64,000 nt of DNA from Podarcis muralis (taxonomy: Eukaryota). The stretch covers positions 44,826,001 to 44,890,000 of the forward strand of contig NC_135661.1 of the NCBI RefSeq assembly GCF_964188315.1, written 5' to 3'. Within the stretch, counting starts at the first letter, position 1, and each line of letters starts with the position of its first letter. The notes under the pieces are model-generated. The model made no database searches, was not told the DNA's origin, and worked only from the letters and a program-made list of their open reading frames with translations. Shown here piece after piece: positions 13,901 to 24,700 of this stretch. The position numbers were made by a program, and so were the translations under genes.

Positions 13901-16900
13901 CTGCTCCAGATCTGCCTGCATGGGCAGCAGAAGGCCCCCGGAGGCAGCCCCTGTGTGAGTGGTCTGCCCTGAGTGATGGAGGGGGTGGGGTGGGGTGCCT
14001 GGTCTTTGCCCCAGAGCTCACCCAGCCCTTTCATCTCCAGCAGGTCTGCATCTGCCTGCAGGGATCGTCTGGTGTCAGCAAGCCTCGGCGCCTGCCCCTG
14101 GATGCCAGCCTCTTTCTCCTACGGGAGCCATACCCACTGGGAGAGCTCCAGAGTATTTGGTTGTGGCAGGAGCCCCACTCCGCCCCACAGCTGCCCTGGT
14201 CAGTCTGCCCATAAGTAGGGTGGGTGACATCCCACTTGGAGACATTGTGCTGGCATGCGGACACTGCCCACCTCTCATGGGGTGCCAGCCTGCTCTGCTG
14301 GACATGCCACAATTCTCCCTCTCTCTGAATGGGGCAGAGGTGGTTATTGTGTCAGGGTGACCATCCTCAGGCATCTGAGAGGAGGCGGGGCTGGGGGGGA
14401 GGTCAGCACACCTGGCACTTATCCAGCAGGGAGGCCTCTTGCCTCTGCCTGGCAGGACTTTCTTCCAAGTGGGGCACTAGGAGCACCAGCCTCCTGCCTG
14501 GCACTCACTACCCATCCCCTTCCCTCAGGCATACCGCCCACATCACAGTGCGAGACCTGCAGCAAAGTAGGAGGTTCCATTTCTCTTGCCAGCCGTGGCA
14601 CGTCCCAGCAGCAGGGGCCCCACACAGCACCGCCCAGCATTTCCTAGCAGCTCCACAGCACCAGCTAACAGCATTCTGGTAGGCTTACCAAGAGACGGGG
14701 GAGTCTGTTTGGGTGTCCTCAGCCCCCACCTGCCCACTGTGCATGAACTTATCAGGGATCTCTGAACCACCTTCTCCCAGGCAGAGCTGGAGACTCCATC
14801 TGTCTTCCCCCTCTGGCTCTCCCATAGCCTGGCCTTAGGTCCTGCTCCCACCCATCTATCTACCACTCTCTCTGCAGGCCCATCTTCCGGCAAAGGACTC
14901 TGAGCGGTCTTCGGGAGGAGCACACAGTGCTGACAGTGCTGCTGACCCGGACAGGCCACGGGCGGCCCGTCACACGGGTCCAGGGCCTCTCCTGCGGCTT
15001 CTGCCTCCTCCTCTGCTCTGCCCTTGTCAGCCTCATGTTCTGGGAGGTGCCCCATGATTCACCCGAGCTCCTGAATGTTGGTAAGGGTTGTGCCACATGG
15101 GATATCTCCCAAGGGCCACTGGCATGGAAAAGGGGGCTGTGCAACTCCTCTGCTCCAACTTCTGCCAGTGGAGGAAAGTCCCTCCTGCCACAACTGGAGG
15201 GACAAACGCAGTCATACCCTTTGGGCCGGCAGGAGGGACATTCATGTATTAGGACTTCAGAAGAGCCTGGGTGCAGCTAGATCAGGCCAACTGCAGGTGG
15301 GATCTTCTCACACAATGGCCACCCGATGCCTCCTGGGAAGCCCACAAGCAAGGCTCCTCTCCTACATTTGATCCCCCACCCCCTGAATCTAGAGATATCC
15401 TGCCTCTGATTGGGCAGGTAGCAGTTGGTGCCTCCTTCCAGCTTCCTTGGGGCACAAAGAGTAGTGACTGGTAGGTCCACTTGCAGGCACTTTCCCCCCC
15501 TGTTGATACACAGGCAGCTGCTTCTCCCTCTCCTGGAAGGACATCATGATCAGTGTGGAGAGTGCCTTGATTACCTTCCCCGTCAACTTGCTCCTTGTAT
15601 TCATCTTCCGCCACGCTGAACCACGCAAGAGCCATGCAAAGCCCGGCCTGGCAACGGCTGTGCCCAGTGCCCCTGCCAGCCCAACAACCCTGGACACTGT
15701 GCATGAGGTAGGGACAAGAGCTCTCCAGGACCCAGGACATTTTCCCCATTGTGCCTCCCCTTGGAATAAGGTCAAGGCTGAGCTGGCAGTGGACAAGAAC
15801 CCCCACCCGATCCCCAGCTACCTCTCCCCCAAGCCCCAAGTCCCCCAGGATCCTTCTTGCACCAGTGAACTTAGTCCCAGGGAGACATTTTTGCATTTGC
15901 AGATACAACAAGCACTGGCTTGCCAGATATTTTTCTCTGTGGCACTTATGGGATGGCTTTTAATAGGTAGGAGAGGATATGTTAATGGTAATTTATCCCT
16001 CCAGGTGCCCACATTTGTGGGTTGAACATACAAGGAGATCAGCTTATCGCTTCGTTTAAAACACAGGGCTGAGCAGAGTTCAAAGTCTCATCCTCAGCAG
16101 AAAAATAGAAAGTATAGGAAAATGCTGTGAAGTAAAATACATGCAGGCAAAATGCTTATATTTACAGTATGAACAGCTTGAGGCATGTGGCCAATGCTGG
16201 AGTGATAGGATATATGTCTGCTCCATTGCTGGTTGAAGAGAAAAGAGAGAGGGAAGGAACAGGAAATACCTTGATTCTTCATTCCCAAGAGAGGAGGGGA
16301 AATGACCCCACACAGAACCATCTCTACCAATGACATTTCTATGGTCCGAGTCTGTCTTTCAATAATGTGACCCTATGGTCTTAACCCCTTCACATGCTAA
16401 CTCACAAAAATATGCATTGTTAGATTTGGCTGCAAATCTCCCACAGCACTTCTCCCATCTGCTACATCTTCTTGTGCCCAGCTTTGCCCACCTTACCCTC
16501 AGCCTGTTGGGTGCATTTGTGCCCCAGTCGCCTGCCACTCTCCCGTCTACCCATGCTTGTCTTTCCCTCCCTAGAGCCTGCGCGGGGCAGTGGAGACGCT
16601 GAGCAAAGCCAGCAAGCAGAGCCAACAGCTGCTACATCCCGACATGGACCTTGAGGAGCTTCTGCAGTGGCTGGCTCGTTTTATCCACCCTGATCCTGGG
16701 GAGGAAGAGGAGGCAGCAGGTGAGAGCCCAGCCATGCCTGCCTGCCTGCCTGCCTTGGGCAGCCCTGCTAGACTCCCAGAGGATGGTGACACTGTGGTTT
16801 CTGCTTGCAGGGAGGGAGCCCAAGATCTCCAGTGTGGCACCCAGCCCTGATGCGCTGCACCAGACCTACTGCAACCGCTACCTCCTCCTGAAGCTACGGC

Positions 16901-18177
16901 ACATTTCCCGTCTCCTGGGGGAGCTGGAACCAGTCTCGACAGCCAAGCACCCTCCGGCTCTGCAGCAGCGCGTGGAGGAGATGGCCAGGCGTCTTGAGCT
17001 AGCAAGCCCCATCCGGTCTCGCTCCATGTAGGTAGCTCAAACAGGCTCCGTGAGCAGGCAGGGAAGCCTACCCTGCAGAGCCTCTTCCTCATGCCTTCCT
17101 CTTGTTCCTCCACAGCCGAAGGTGGCACTTGCCCTGGTGGGGCACCTGGGTGGGGTGGGCCCTGCTAGTCTCCCTCAGCGCAGTGGCCACCTTCTTCTCC
17201 TTGCTCTATGGCTTCCACTATGGCAAGGAGAGCACCGAACGCTGGCTCATCTCCACTGCCATCTCCATGGGCCAGGCTCTCTTCGTCCTGCAGCCTCTCA
17301 AGGTACTTCCCAGCCAGGCTGAGCAAACCCAGCATTCCTGGGGGGGCCTTCTCACGGGAGGTCAGGTTGCCAGACCTCTAAGTCTGATCTGAAGTCTTCA
17401 GGTTTGCCTAGTACCCTCCAGGTGGCAGGTGAAGGGCTTGAATTGCTAGATGGGTGAGAGTTTCAGTGGGGTGTGTGGGTGTGTGTACGTGTGTACACAG
17501 AAGACTGTGTATAGAGCATGTACACTTTGGACCAGCAGGAGCTGGATGCAAATTATAGCATAGACACTCTGGGGGACTACCTCCACTCTTCTCCTAATTA
17601 ACCTCTGTCTCTAGGACCCTTGTGACTATACCAGGGTCTGTGCCCCTGACACCACCAGGGGCAGCCCCTAGGTCTCAGGTTTGGGCCCTGAAATCTCAGG
17701 GTCTGTGATACTCCTCAACTGGCAACCCATAGGGGAGGGGACATCTCAGCAGCAGCAGCAGAAATCACGGTGCACATACTTCTTCCTCATCTCAAGTATG
17801 TGTCTGCCACCTGCCTGCCTGCCTGGGACAGGTGTCTGGCATTGGAGCACTGCAAACACCCACTGCATCTCCTCTCTTCTTCCCATGAATTTCAAGGGGG
17901 TGGGGGAGAAATTAACCAAAGCACCCTCACACATACACCAGTTTGTTGTGGTGTTTTGGCACAAAGTGAGGGGCTTGGCTCATCTGGAGAAAGGGAAGCC
18001 TACAGATGCTCCCTCTGTTTTATGGATGGGGGGGGGGCAAAATGGCTGCCGATCCTGCCCATCCCTCTTCTCCCATGAAACCCACTGCAGGTGATAAGCT
18101 TTGCCATCTTCTGTGCCCTGATACTGAAGAAAGCAGAGGATGAAGATGAGGCAGCCCTGGACCTGGAAGACCGGTAA
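7909..18177 (+). CDS. Divergent PKD1L2-like polycystin-1 family protein truncated after TM5 (signal peptide, C-type lectin, GAIN/GPS, TM1, degenerate PLAT, TM2-TM5); ~1109 aa, 22 exons
   Basis: Predicted exons 7909-8218, 8604-8729, 8853-8938, 9242-9314, 9963-10018, 10238-10297, 10543-10704, 10813-10940, 11211-11340, 11870-11998, 12351-12558, 12673-12857, 13077-13307, 13850-13954, 14041-14198, 14529-14678, 14878-15080, 15514-15707, 16575-16719, 16811-17027, 17116-17302, 18091-18177. All are GT-AG, phases chain, the total is 3330 nt with no internal stop. Motifs: MALRPQAAPGLALLLWALC, GHCYQ...AQAACGRWGGHLA...HPFICEF, CLCTHLSFFGSSF, LPWWGTWVGWALL...LYGFHYGKE...WLIS...QPLKVISFAIFCALILKK. Exons 3-6 are less certain. 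Confidence 0.85.
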
Positions 18178-19507
18178 AGGGAGGAAGGAGGCTTGCAGAA
18201 GTTGAGAGGCAGGATGAATTGAAGGAGGGAAAGGGGCTTCCCCAGAGAGGGTTGGGGCCTGGAGTGCCTCCAAGTAGAGAAGGGCAAAGGTGGCACTGAG
18301 AATGCCCTGCACCCACTGCAGAAAACAAACTCAAGTTCAAAAAATTCCTTTCACGACTGTGGCCTGGCAAGAGGAAGGGTTTTCAGTACTACGTCTGTTC
18401 CCTCTTCCACCTCCCGTAAGGGAAGGTTATGCACACACAGAGAAGAATCACGCCTCTCCACTTTGGATTGGCATGACTGGGAGCCCACCTGGACCATTCC
18501 TCTGCTGCTTTGAGTGGCCCGGCAAGGCATGCAGGCTTGGTGGAGGAATCCAGTTGCTGGTGTGGGCACCTCTGGTTGCCAAGAGCAGGTAGCCCAGGGC
18601 CCGCTCTGGGAGACTCAGAGGATGCAGAGTGGCTACACTAGGCATCTCCTGGGCTTGCTAAACAGGAAGGAAGCACGTTGATCTGAAGCCTGCAAGGGCA
18701 GGACTGGGACTGTCCCCTGTGGAAGGGGAGAAGATTGGGGAGGGACTAAAAGGTAGTGACTGGCATGTGCACAGTGGGGGTGGAGAGGAGTCACCACCCA
18801 GTGGCAGAGCAGCTGCTTTGCAGGCCCCCTGCCTTCCTAACTCTTGACACTCCCCATTAAAAAGATCTCGAGTAGTCTCTCTTTGCTCGTGGCCTTGAAA
18901 CGCCACTGCCAGTCAGACTAGAGCAGACATATTAGGTTACCAGTAATTTAACCATCCTAAGGGACACTGCAGCTCCAGGACTGGGGCCAAGGGAGTAGAA
19001 AATATGCTGGGAAGCAGTCCTAGGGCCCCATCCTGACCCACGTCTTCGACCTCTGTGATTGCAGGCTGTGCTCTTTCCAGTGATGGGAGGACAACTTTCT
19101 GCGAGGCCACCTTGGCTTTTGCCACGCCATGTGCCCAAGACCTCCAATCAGCCTCTCCAACATGATGTCACCCACACCTGTACAAAGGCCAGGACCATCT
19201 CTCTGGAGGAACGAGAAGGCACAGCATGGGAGGGGGACAGCAAAGTCCCATTCTGTAACCTGCCAATGGAGCCAACCCTGAACTCACCGAGTGTTGAAAG
19301 AGTTGGGATGCAACTCAGCTTGCTGAGGGTTTGCATGAGGTTAAAGTGGATAGAGAAGGGAACCTCCAAGATTGTCTAACTGCCCTTTGATCTCTGTGAT
19401 GACCTTTCCTTTACTATTAGACTGATATTCTTAGGGTTCCTGACAGTGACCAAACTTCCTGCTTCCCCCTCTTCCTTCTGAAGCTGAAGGAGAGAGGACA
19501 TCTATGG

Positions 19508-20683
19508 CAGTGTTTCCCAACCACTGTTCCGCGGCACACTAGTGTGCCGCGAGATGTTGCCTGGTGTGCCGCGGGAAAAATTAAAAAATTGAAAGATTTT
19601 TTTTTTTAAAGTCAAATTTTCGATTGGGGCGCCGTCACTAGATGACCCCTGGGGTTCCCTCCCTCCCTCCCGCTCTGAGCCTCCCTCCTCCTCCTCCTCC
19701 TCCGGCAGCCGGGCGGGCAGGGGCTCTTCCGCGCAGACCCCGCGCAGCCTGCCTGCGCCCCCCGGAGATCGGGCAGCAGGATGGAGCCCGGGGATCCCCG
19801 CAGAGGCGGAGCGGCGGAGGCGGAGGCTGCCCCCCAGGTAGGGCTGCGTCGGGGGTGTGTGTTTATTTTTGCAATGCTGCATCCGCGCCGGAGGGGACGC
19901 ATCGGACCGCGGGGAGACCCCTTGGCGGGCGTGCAAGGCAATGCATGCGTGCAGGCATTGCATGGAGTGCAGTGCAATGCAATGGCAACGCGGCGCCCTG
20001 CATGCATGCATGCAACTTCCACCGGCGCTCCGGACTTGGCAGGTGAGGGGGGTCCCCAGTGGGCGGCAGAGAGAGCCGGGAGGGCGAAGGGGAGCCGGGG
20101 GGAGCAGCGCTGCTCCCCAAGCCGAGCCCGGGGGAAAACTTCGGCGTCGTTGCGCCGGATGTTGGAAGCGGAGGCTGGCGGGGGCCCCTCACCTGCAAAA
20201 CCTGGTCGCCTCTCATATATTTCGTGCATTGCATTCATCGCCCGCTTTCTCCTCCAAGGAGCTCCCGGGGGCGCGCGTGGTTCTCCCCGTGTTATCCTCG
20301 CAACAACAGCCCTGCGAGGTGGGTCAGGCGAGTGGCCCAAGGGAGCACCCAGGGATTGTCCTGGCCAGGTGGGGTGATTTGAACCCTGCTCTCTGCCCGG
20401 TCTTCGTCCTCATTTAGCCCCCACATGTGCATGACTGTGCATGACTGAGGTTTTCCCCCCTCGTCTTGGCTATGGTGTGAGACTGTGCTGTTAATTAATG
20501 GGGTTCTGCCTTCGGAGAAGATGAGCCAGCCCTCAAGGAGGTGATTATGTAATTTGCTAGCAATTCATGTCCCTCCCGGCGTGACACTGCGCGCTGACGT
20601 CACGGGGCTGTAATGGTGGTGTGCCTCGAGATTTTTTTCATGAAACAAGTGTGCCTTTGCCCAAAAAAGGTTGGGAAACACTG
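19508..20683. mobile_element. Non-autonomous hAT (Charlie-like) DNA transposon, 1176 bp, GC/CpG-rich interior
   Basis: 15-bp TIRs CAGTGTTTCCCAACC / GGTTGGGAAACACTG; identical 8-bp TSD ATCTATGG at 19500-19507 and 20684-20691; subterminal GTGTGCC repeats and a 22-bp palindrome CGCGGCACACTAGTGTGCCGCG near the left end; no transposase-like ORF. Confidence 0.93.
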
Positions 20684-21144
20684 ATCTATGGATGTATCTC
20701 TGCCGAGAGTAAAGAGCAAGCATGACTCCCTTGTAGCTTTAAGATTAATTAGCTAAAACTAGGAACTCTTTTCTATCCAAGTATATATTTCTTATAATAA
20801 ATGGAGCTTTATTATATTCCAATTTTAAGTACTCTGTGTGTGATTGCAATGAAGGCAAGCCTCCTCTCCCCAGTAAGAAGTCCATGTGTGCTGTGTGCTA
20901 TCTTGCAAAGTGATTCAGCACTAGGCGCGGCCCACACCGAATAAATGGCAGGCTACAGTTCAGTGGTGTCCGTGGAAGCTCTCTTTCACTCTCTGAGGAC
21001 TTCATGATTGGCTTCTCAGGGGCCCAGGCCCAGATCCAGACACCCATTCCCACTTCAAACGCCATGGTGGCCCCCTGGCAGTGACATGCAGTAAATTGTA
21101 AAACCTCATGTGGCTGGCTGAAGACTCGCCAGCACTTGTCCAGA

Positions 21145-21295
21145 AGAATCATAGAACTGTAGTGTTGGAAGGGACTGTGAGGGTCATCTACTCCTACCTC
21201 CTGAGGAATCCCACTAGCACAACCTCCCTGGAAGGAGGGTCCCTTCGCCTCCGTTTAGAAACCTCTAATGAAGGGGAGTCTGCCACCTTCCTGTC
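21145..21295 (-). mobile_element. CR1 LINE 3' fragment
   Basis: AGAATCATAGAACTGTAGTGTTGGAAGGGACTGTGAGGGTCATCTA... resembles the reverse complement of the CR1 3' end with its TTCTATGATTCT terminus. Confidence 0.65.
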
Positions 21296-21661
21296 TGCCC
21301 CACTCCCCAACCCCTTGAAATCCCATTTCTTGTCACCCAAACTGCTTGGTTATCATACTGTTCTTTGGAGCAAGAGGAATGGGATGTGCCACCTGGGCTC
21401 TCAACATTTGCCTGCCAGCGTGCCTTTTATGCAGCAGACAATGCAGTTGCTCCTCCTTTCTTCCTCGCAGGGGTGCAGACAATGGCACCCTCTTCTTTGC
21501 AAACAAGAGGGCCCATCTCCAGCTGGAGCGCCAGGTGCTGCACCTGTTCAGCCTCTGGGTGTGGCGCTGCTCTGCTCCTCTTTTCAGCAGCTCCCCCACC
21601 TGCTTTCACAGTTCGTGGGCTGAGCGTGCACGGTGTGGGGGGGGGGCCCGGCGGTTTAGAC

Positions 21662-21668
21662 TATTAAA
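21662..21668 (+). promoter_or_regulatory. TATA-like element upstream of PKD1L3 start codon
   Basis: TATTAAA 47 nt before the ATG at 21709; position is only suggestive. Confidence 0.25.
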
Positions 21669-21708
21669 GGGGTGGCCCCGGGCCAGCTTGCTCCAAAGAG
21701 GGAGCGGC

Positions 21709-24700
21709 ATGGGGATCCCTATAGGGATGTGGCTCTGGCTCTGGGCCGCACAGGTCTCTTCGGAGGAATCGGAGCCCGCCTGCCTGCCTGTGGCAGGAGA
21801 GGACTGCTATCGGCTGCTCCGGCGGCCACAACCCGCCTTGGGTGCAGTGATTTGGTGCGGACGATCCCACGGCCGGCTCCTCCACACGTGGAACCAGCAG
21901 ATCCAGGACGCCCTGCGCGACCGCCTGGACGACAGGAGCAAAACCTGGATCGGGGCTGCAGCAAAGGCGCTCCCAGAAGTGAGCCACCCTGGCAAAGGTG
22001 AGAGCGGGGCGGGGGCGCAGAGGCCCAACAGCAGCACCGCAGAAGAGGGGCAGCAGCAGCCAATTCCAGTATACTCTCCCGGGATGTGTGTTATTCCCCA
22101 CTCAGCATCTCTGACTCGCCCAGACGCCAAACCCCTCAGGGCAAGACCGCCACCCCCCCTACACCAGGTGGGACCACCGTCTTCTCGTGGGGATCGAGGC
22201 GGGGCAGCCAAGCTTCTCACTTCAAGGGCCCAGCCAGGCCCTGCAGACCCTTCCCTCCGTCAAGGGACCCCGCCCACCAGCGTTTCAAGGACACTCAGGG
22301 TGGCAACCCTCCTCCCATGCCAATCCTCGCTGCTGATGGCTCAGCTCTGCAGTCTGTGACAGGCAGTCAAGGAGTGGGGAGGGTTAAAAATCATAATAAT
22401 GCAAGGCTGTCCGAGGGTTTGCTACCAGGCACTCACTCACCCTATGCAAAGGCTCCCCTTAAACCACTTGCCACCACTGGGAGACTCTCGTCTGGAGAGG
22501 GAGCGGAGCCCTACAGGACAGCCTCAGCCGGAAAGCCTTATCCTAATAAAAACAAACAACTGGCGGGCTGGTGCTGAGTGTGGGGTGGCGGGGAAGAGGG
22601 ATAACCGTGTCTGACGGCGGCGCCTACTCTCCGCAGACCACTGCAAAATCCTCGTCCGGAATGGGGACCAATTCTATACCAGGAGGGAGGAGTGTGACCA
22701 GAAGCACTTTTTCATCTGCCAGTCTGGTGCGTGAGTCTGCCCGCCCCCCCCCCCGGGGGTGGGAGTTCGCGCCCTCATTCACGGCCTCGTTCGCGGCCTC
22801 CAGCTTCAAAGAGCGAGAAGGACCTCGTGGCTGAGCTGAGGATGAGACTCTCTGGAAGCACGCCTCTGGAAGCACCCCCCGCGAAGCACGCCCTTTCGAG
22901 GTGGCTGCAACCCCGGAGGCAGGGCCAGGGCCAGGCTCTCCCGAGGCGGCTGGGCTGGGCCGTCGCAGGTCCTAGAACCATCCCTGCCGCCCCGGAAGCG
23001 CCGCTTCCATGAATCCTCCCGAGCTCAACCCCTTCTGCTCTCTGTCCGCTACAGGCCCCCCGAGGACGCCCCGAGAGACTTCCACGCCCTGGGTGGTAAG
23101 TTCCCGCCAAAGCAGGTGCCTGCGCAGCCGTCGAACAGGAACGGGCGAAGGCTCTCTAGGCCGCCGTCGCTGCGCAGCGCCCCCTGGGCTGACTGCAGCG
23201 CACCACCGAGCAGCCGGCCCTGGTGACACTCTCTCCCTGTCTCCCAGAGAACGACCTGCCAGCATTTGACGTGCGGCCCGACGGAGGCGACGCCCATTCT
23301 CACCGAAGAGCCGACGGCGACTGCTCCTCTGAGCGCCCAGCCCTCCGCCGCGACTCCTCCGCCGCCCAGTGCTCCTCCAGGAAGCAGCACAGTTCGCCAG
23401 CCGACCACCGCTGACATCCAGTCATTCCTTGGGACCAGGCCAGAACTCGGCACTCCCCGCCATCCGCCGAGCAGCCCCAAGTCGGCATCCAGCACCTGGC
23501 CAGCCAGCAACAGCAGCCAGACTCACCCCAACTCTCGGACCTCAGCCCCAGAGCCCAGCACTCAGCCGCTGCCCACCAGCAAAACCACCTCGGGGGGTAC
23601 CAAAAGCCACGAGTCCAACACCAGCCCGGACTCCTTCACCTTCAGCCCTAGAGACTTCCCCCCTGAGGACCAGGGGAAGGTAGGGAGACATCTGGACTGG
23701 CACCTGCCCCCACCCTGGTGGCACCTTGTCCAGACAGGCTCTCCTCTCTCTCCGTCCCATACCCCACACCCTGCTCCGGAGATGCCAGGTGGGGGTGGGG
23801 TGTGCGTTGCAGGATTCTTCCTTTGCACCTGGAAAAATCAACGCTGAGGTGCAGATCAAAGATGAGTGTGACTCCTATGTGATTTCCCAGGGATCCAAAG
23901 TCACTTAGTGAGTGATTTCCAGACTGGTTTTGCCCACAGCAGAAAGGGGGGCAAGTGGCTCTGGGGAGGTGTGGGGGGATGTGTGGCTCCCTCCCGCCTA
24001 GCCTCCTTTTCAGGTCTTCCCCCTATAGGGTAGAGTAGCCTTCCTAGAATTAGAGATTTAGCGATAAGCTCTACTTGCAGGCTTACTGACAGCGTAATAG
24101 GGCAACCAGGCCCCCTTCTCCCCCAGCCCCTCTCACTCAGGGTCTGTCCCACAGGCCCTAGAGAAGGTGCTGCACCAGTTCAGCCAGGCTGTGCAGACCC
24201 CAGGCCACCCTATTGCACTGGAGCAGGCAGCCCGGATGCTGGAGAATTTGACAAATTTCCATGCTCTGCTCTCAGACGATGCCCAGGTACTGGCATGTGG
24301 CAGGGAGGGTGGGTGGGTGGGTGGCACCCCTGATCTAAGGGTCTGTCCCCTGCGGCCTATTCTCCCAGTCCTTGGTTGAACCAGGCTCTACCCAGGCTAT
24401 GTACAGAGGCAAGCCTGCCGCTTGGCACAGCCAGCCTCACCCTTGCACCCCCAAATCAGCCCCGCCAGATGACCAGCCCTGCCTTGTTCCTACAGGCCTC
24501 TGCCAGCCAGGCACTCCTCTCCCTGAGCTCTCAGCTACTGAGGGACCACCCTGCCAGCAATGCCTCCTGCCTAGACCTCGCATCACAGGCTCTTTTCCAC
24601 GCCCTCAGCAACCTCCTCCAAGCCTCAGGCAGCCAGACACCCAGCTTCGGCCCGCAACAGGTGGGGGAGAAAGAGGACCTGCAGGGGTCGGGTGGAGGAA

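Noticed and set aside
19502-20417. ORFs of 120-240 aa inside the hAT element as a transposase
   Set aside because: Arg/Gly/Pro/Ala-rich products typical of GC-rich DNA; no BED finger, DDE or hAT dimerisation motifs.
21346-22359. 337-aa ORF as a separate gene or extended N-terminus
   Set aside because: It is PKD1L3 exon 1 (ATG 21709 with signal peptide) with open frame running into flanking GC-rich DNA; the donor at 21998 explains the real end.
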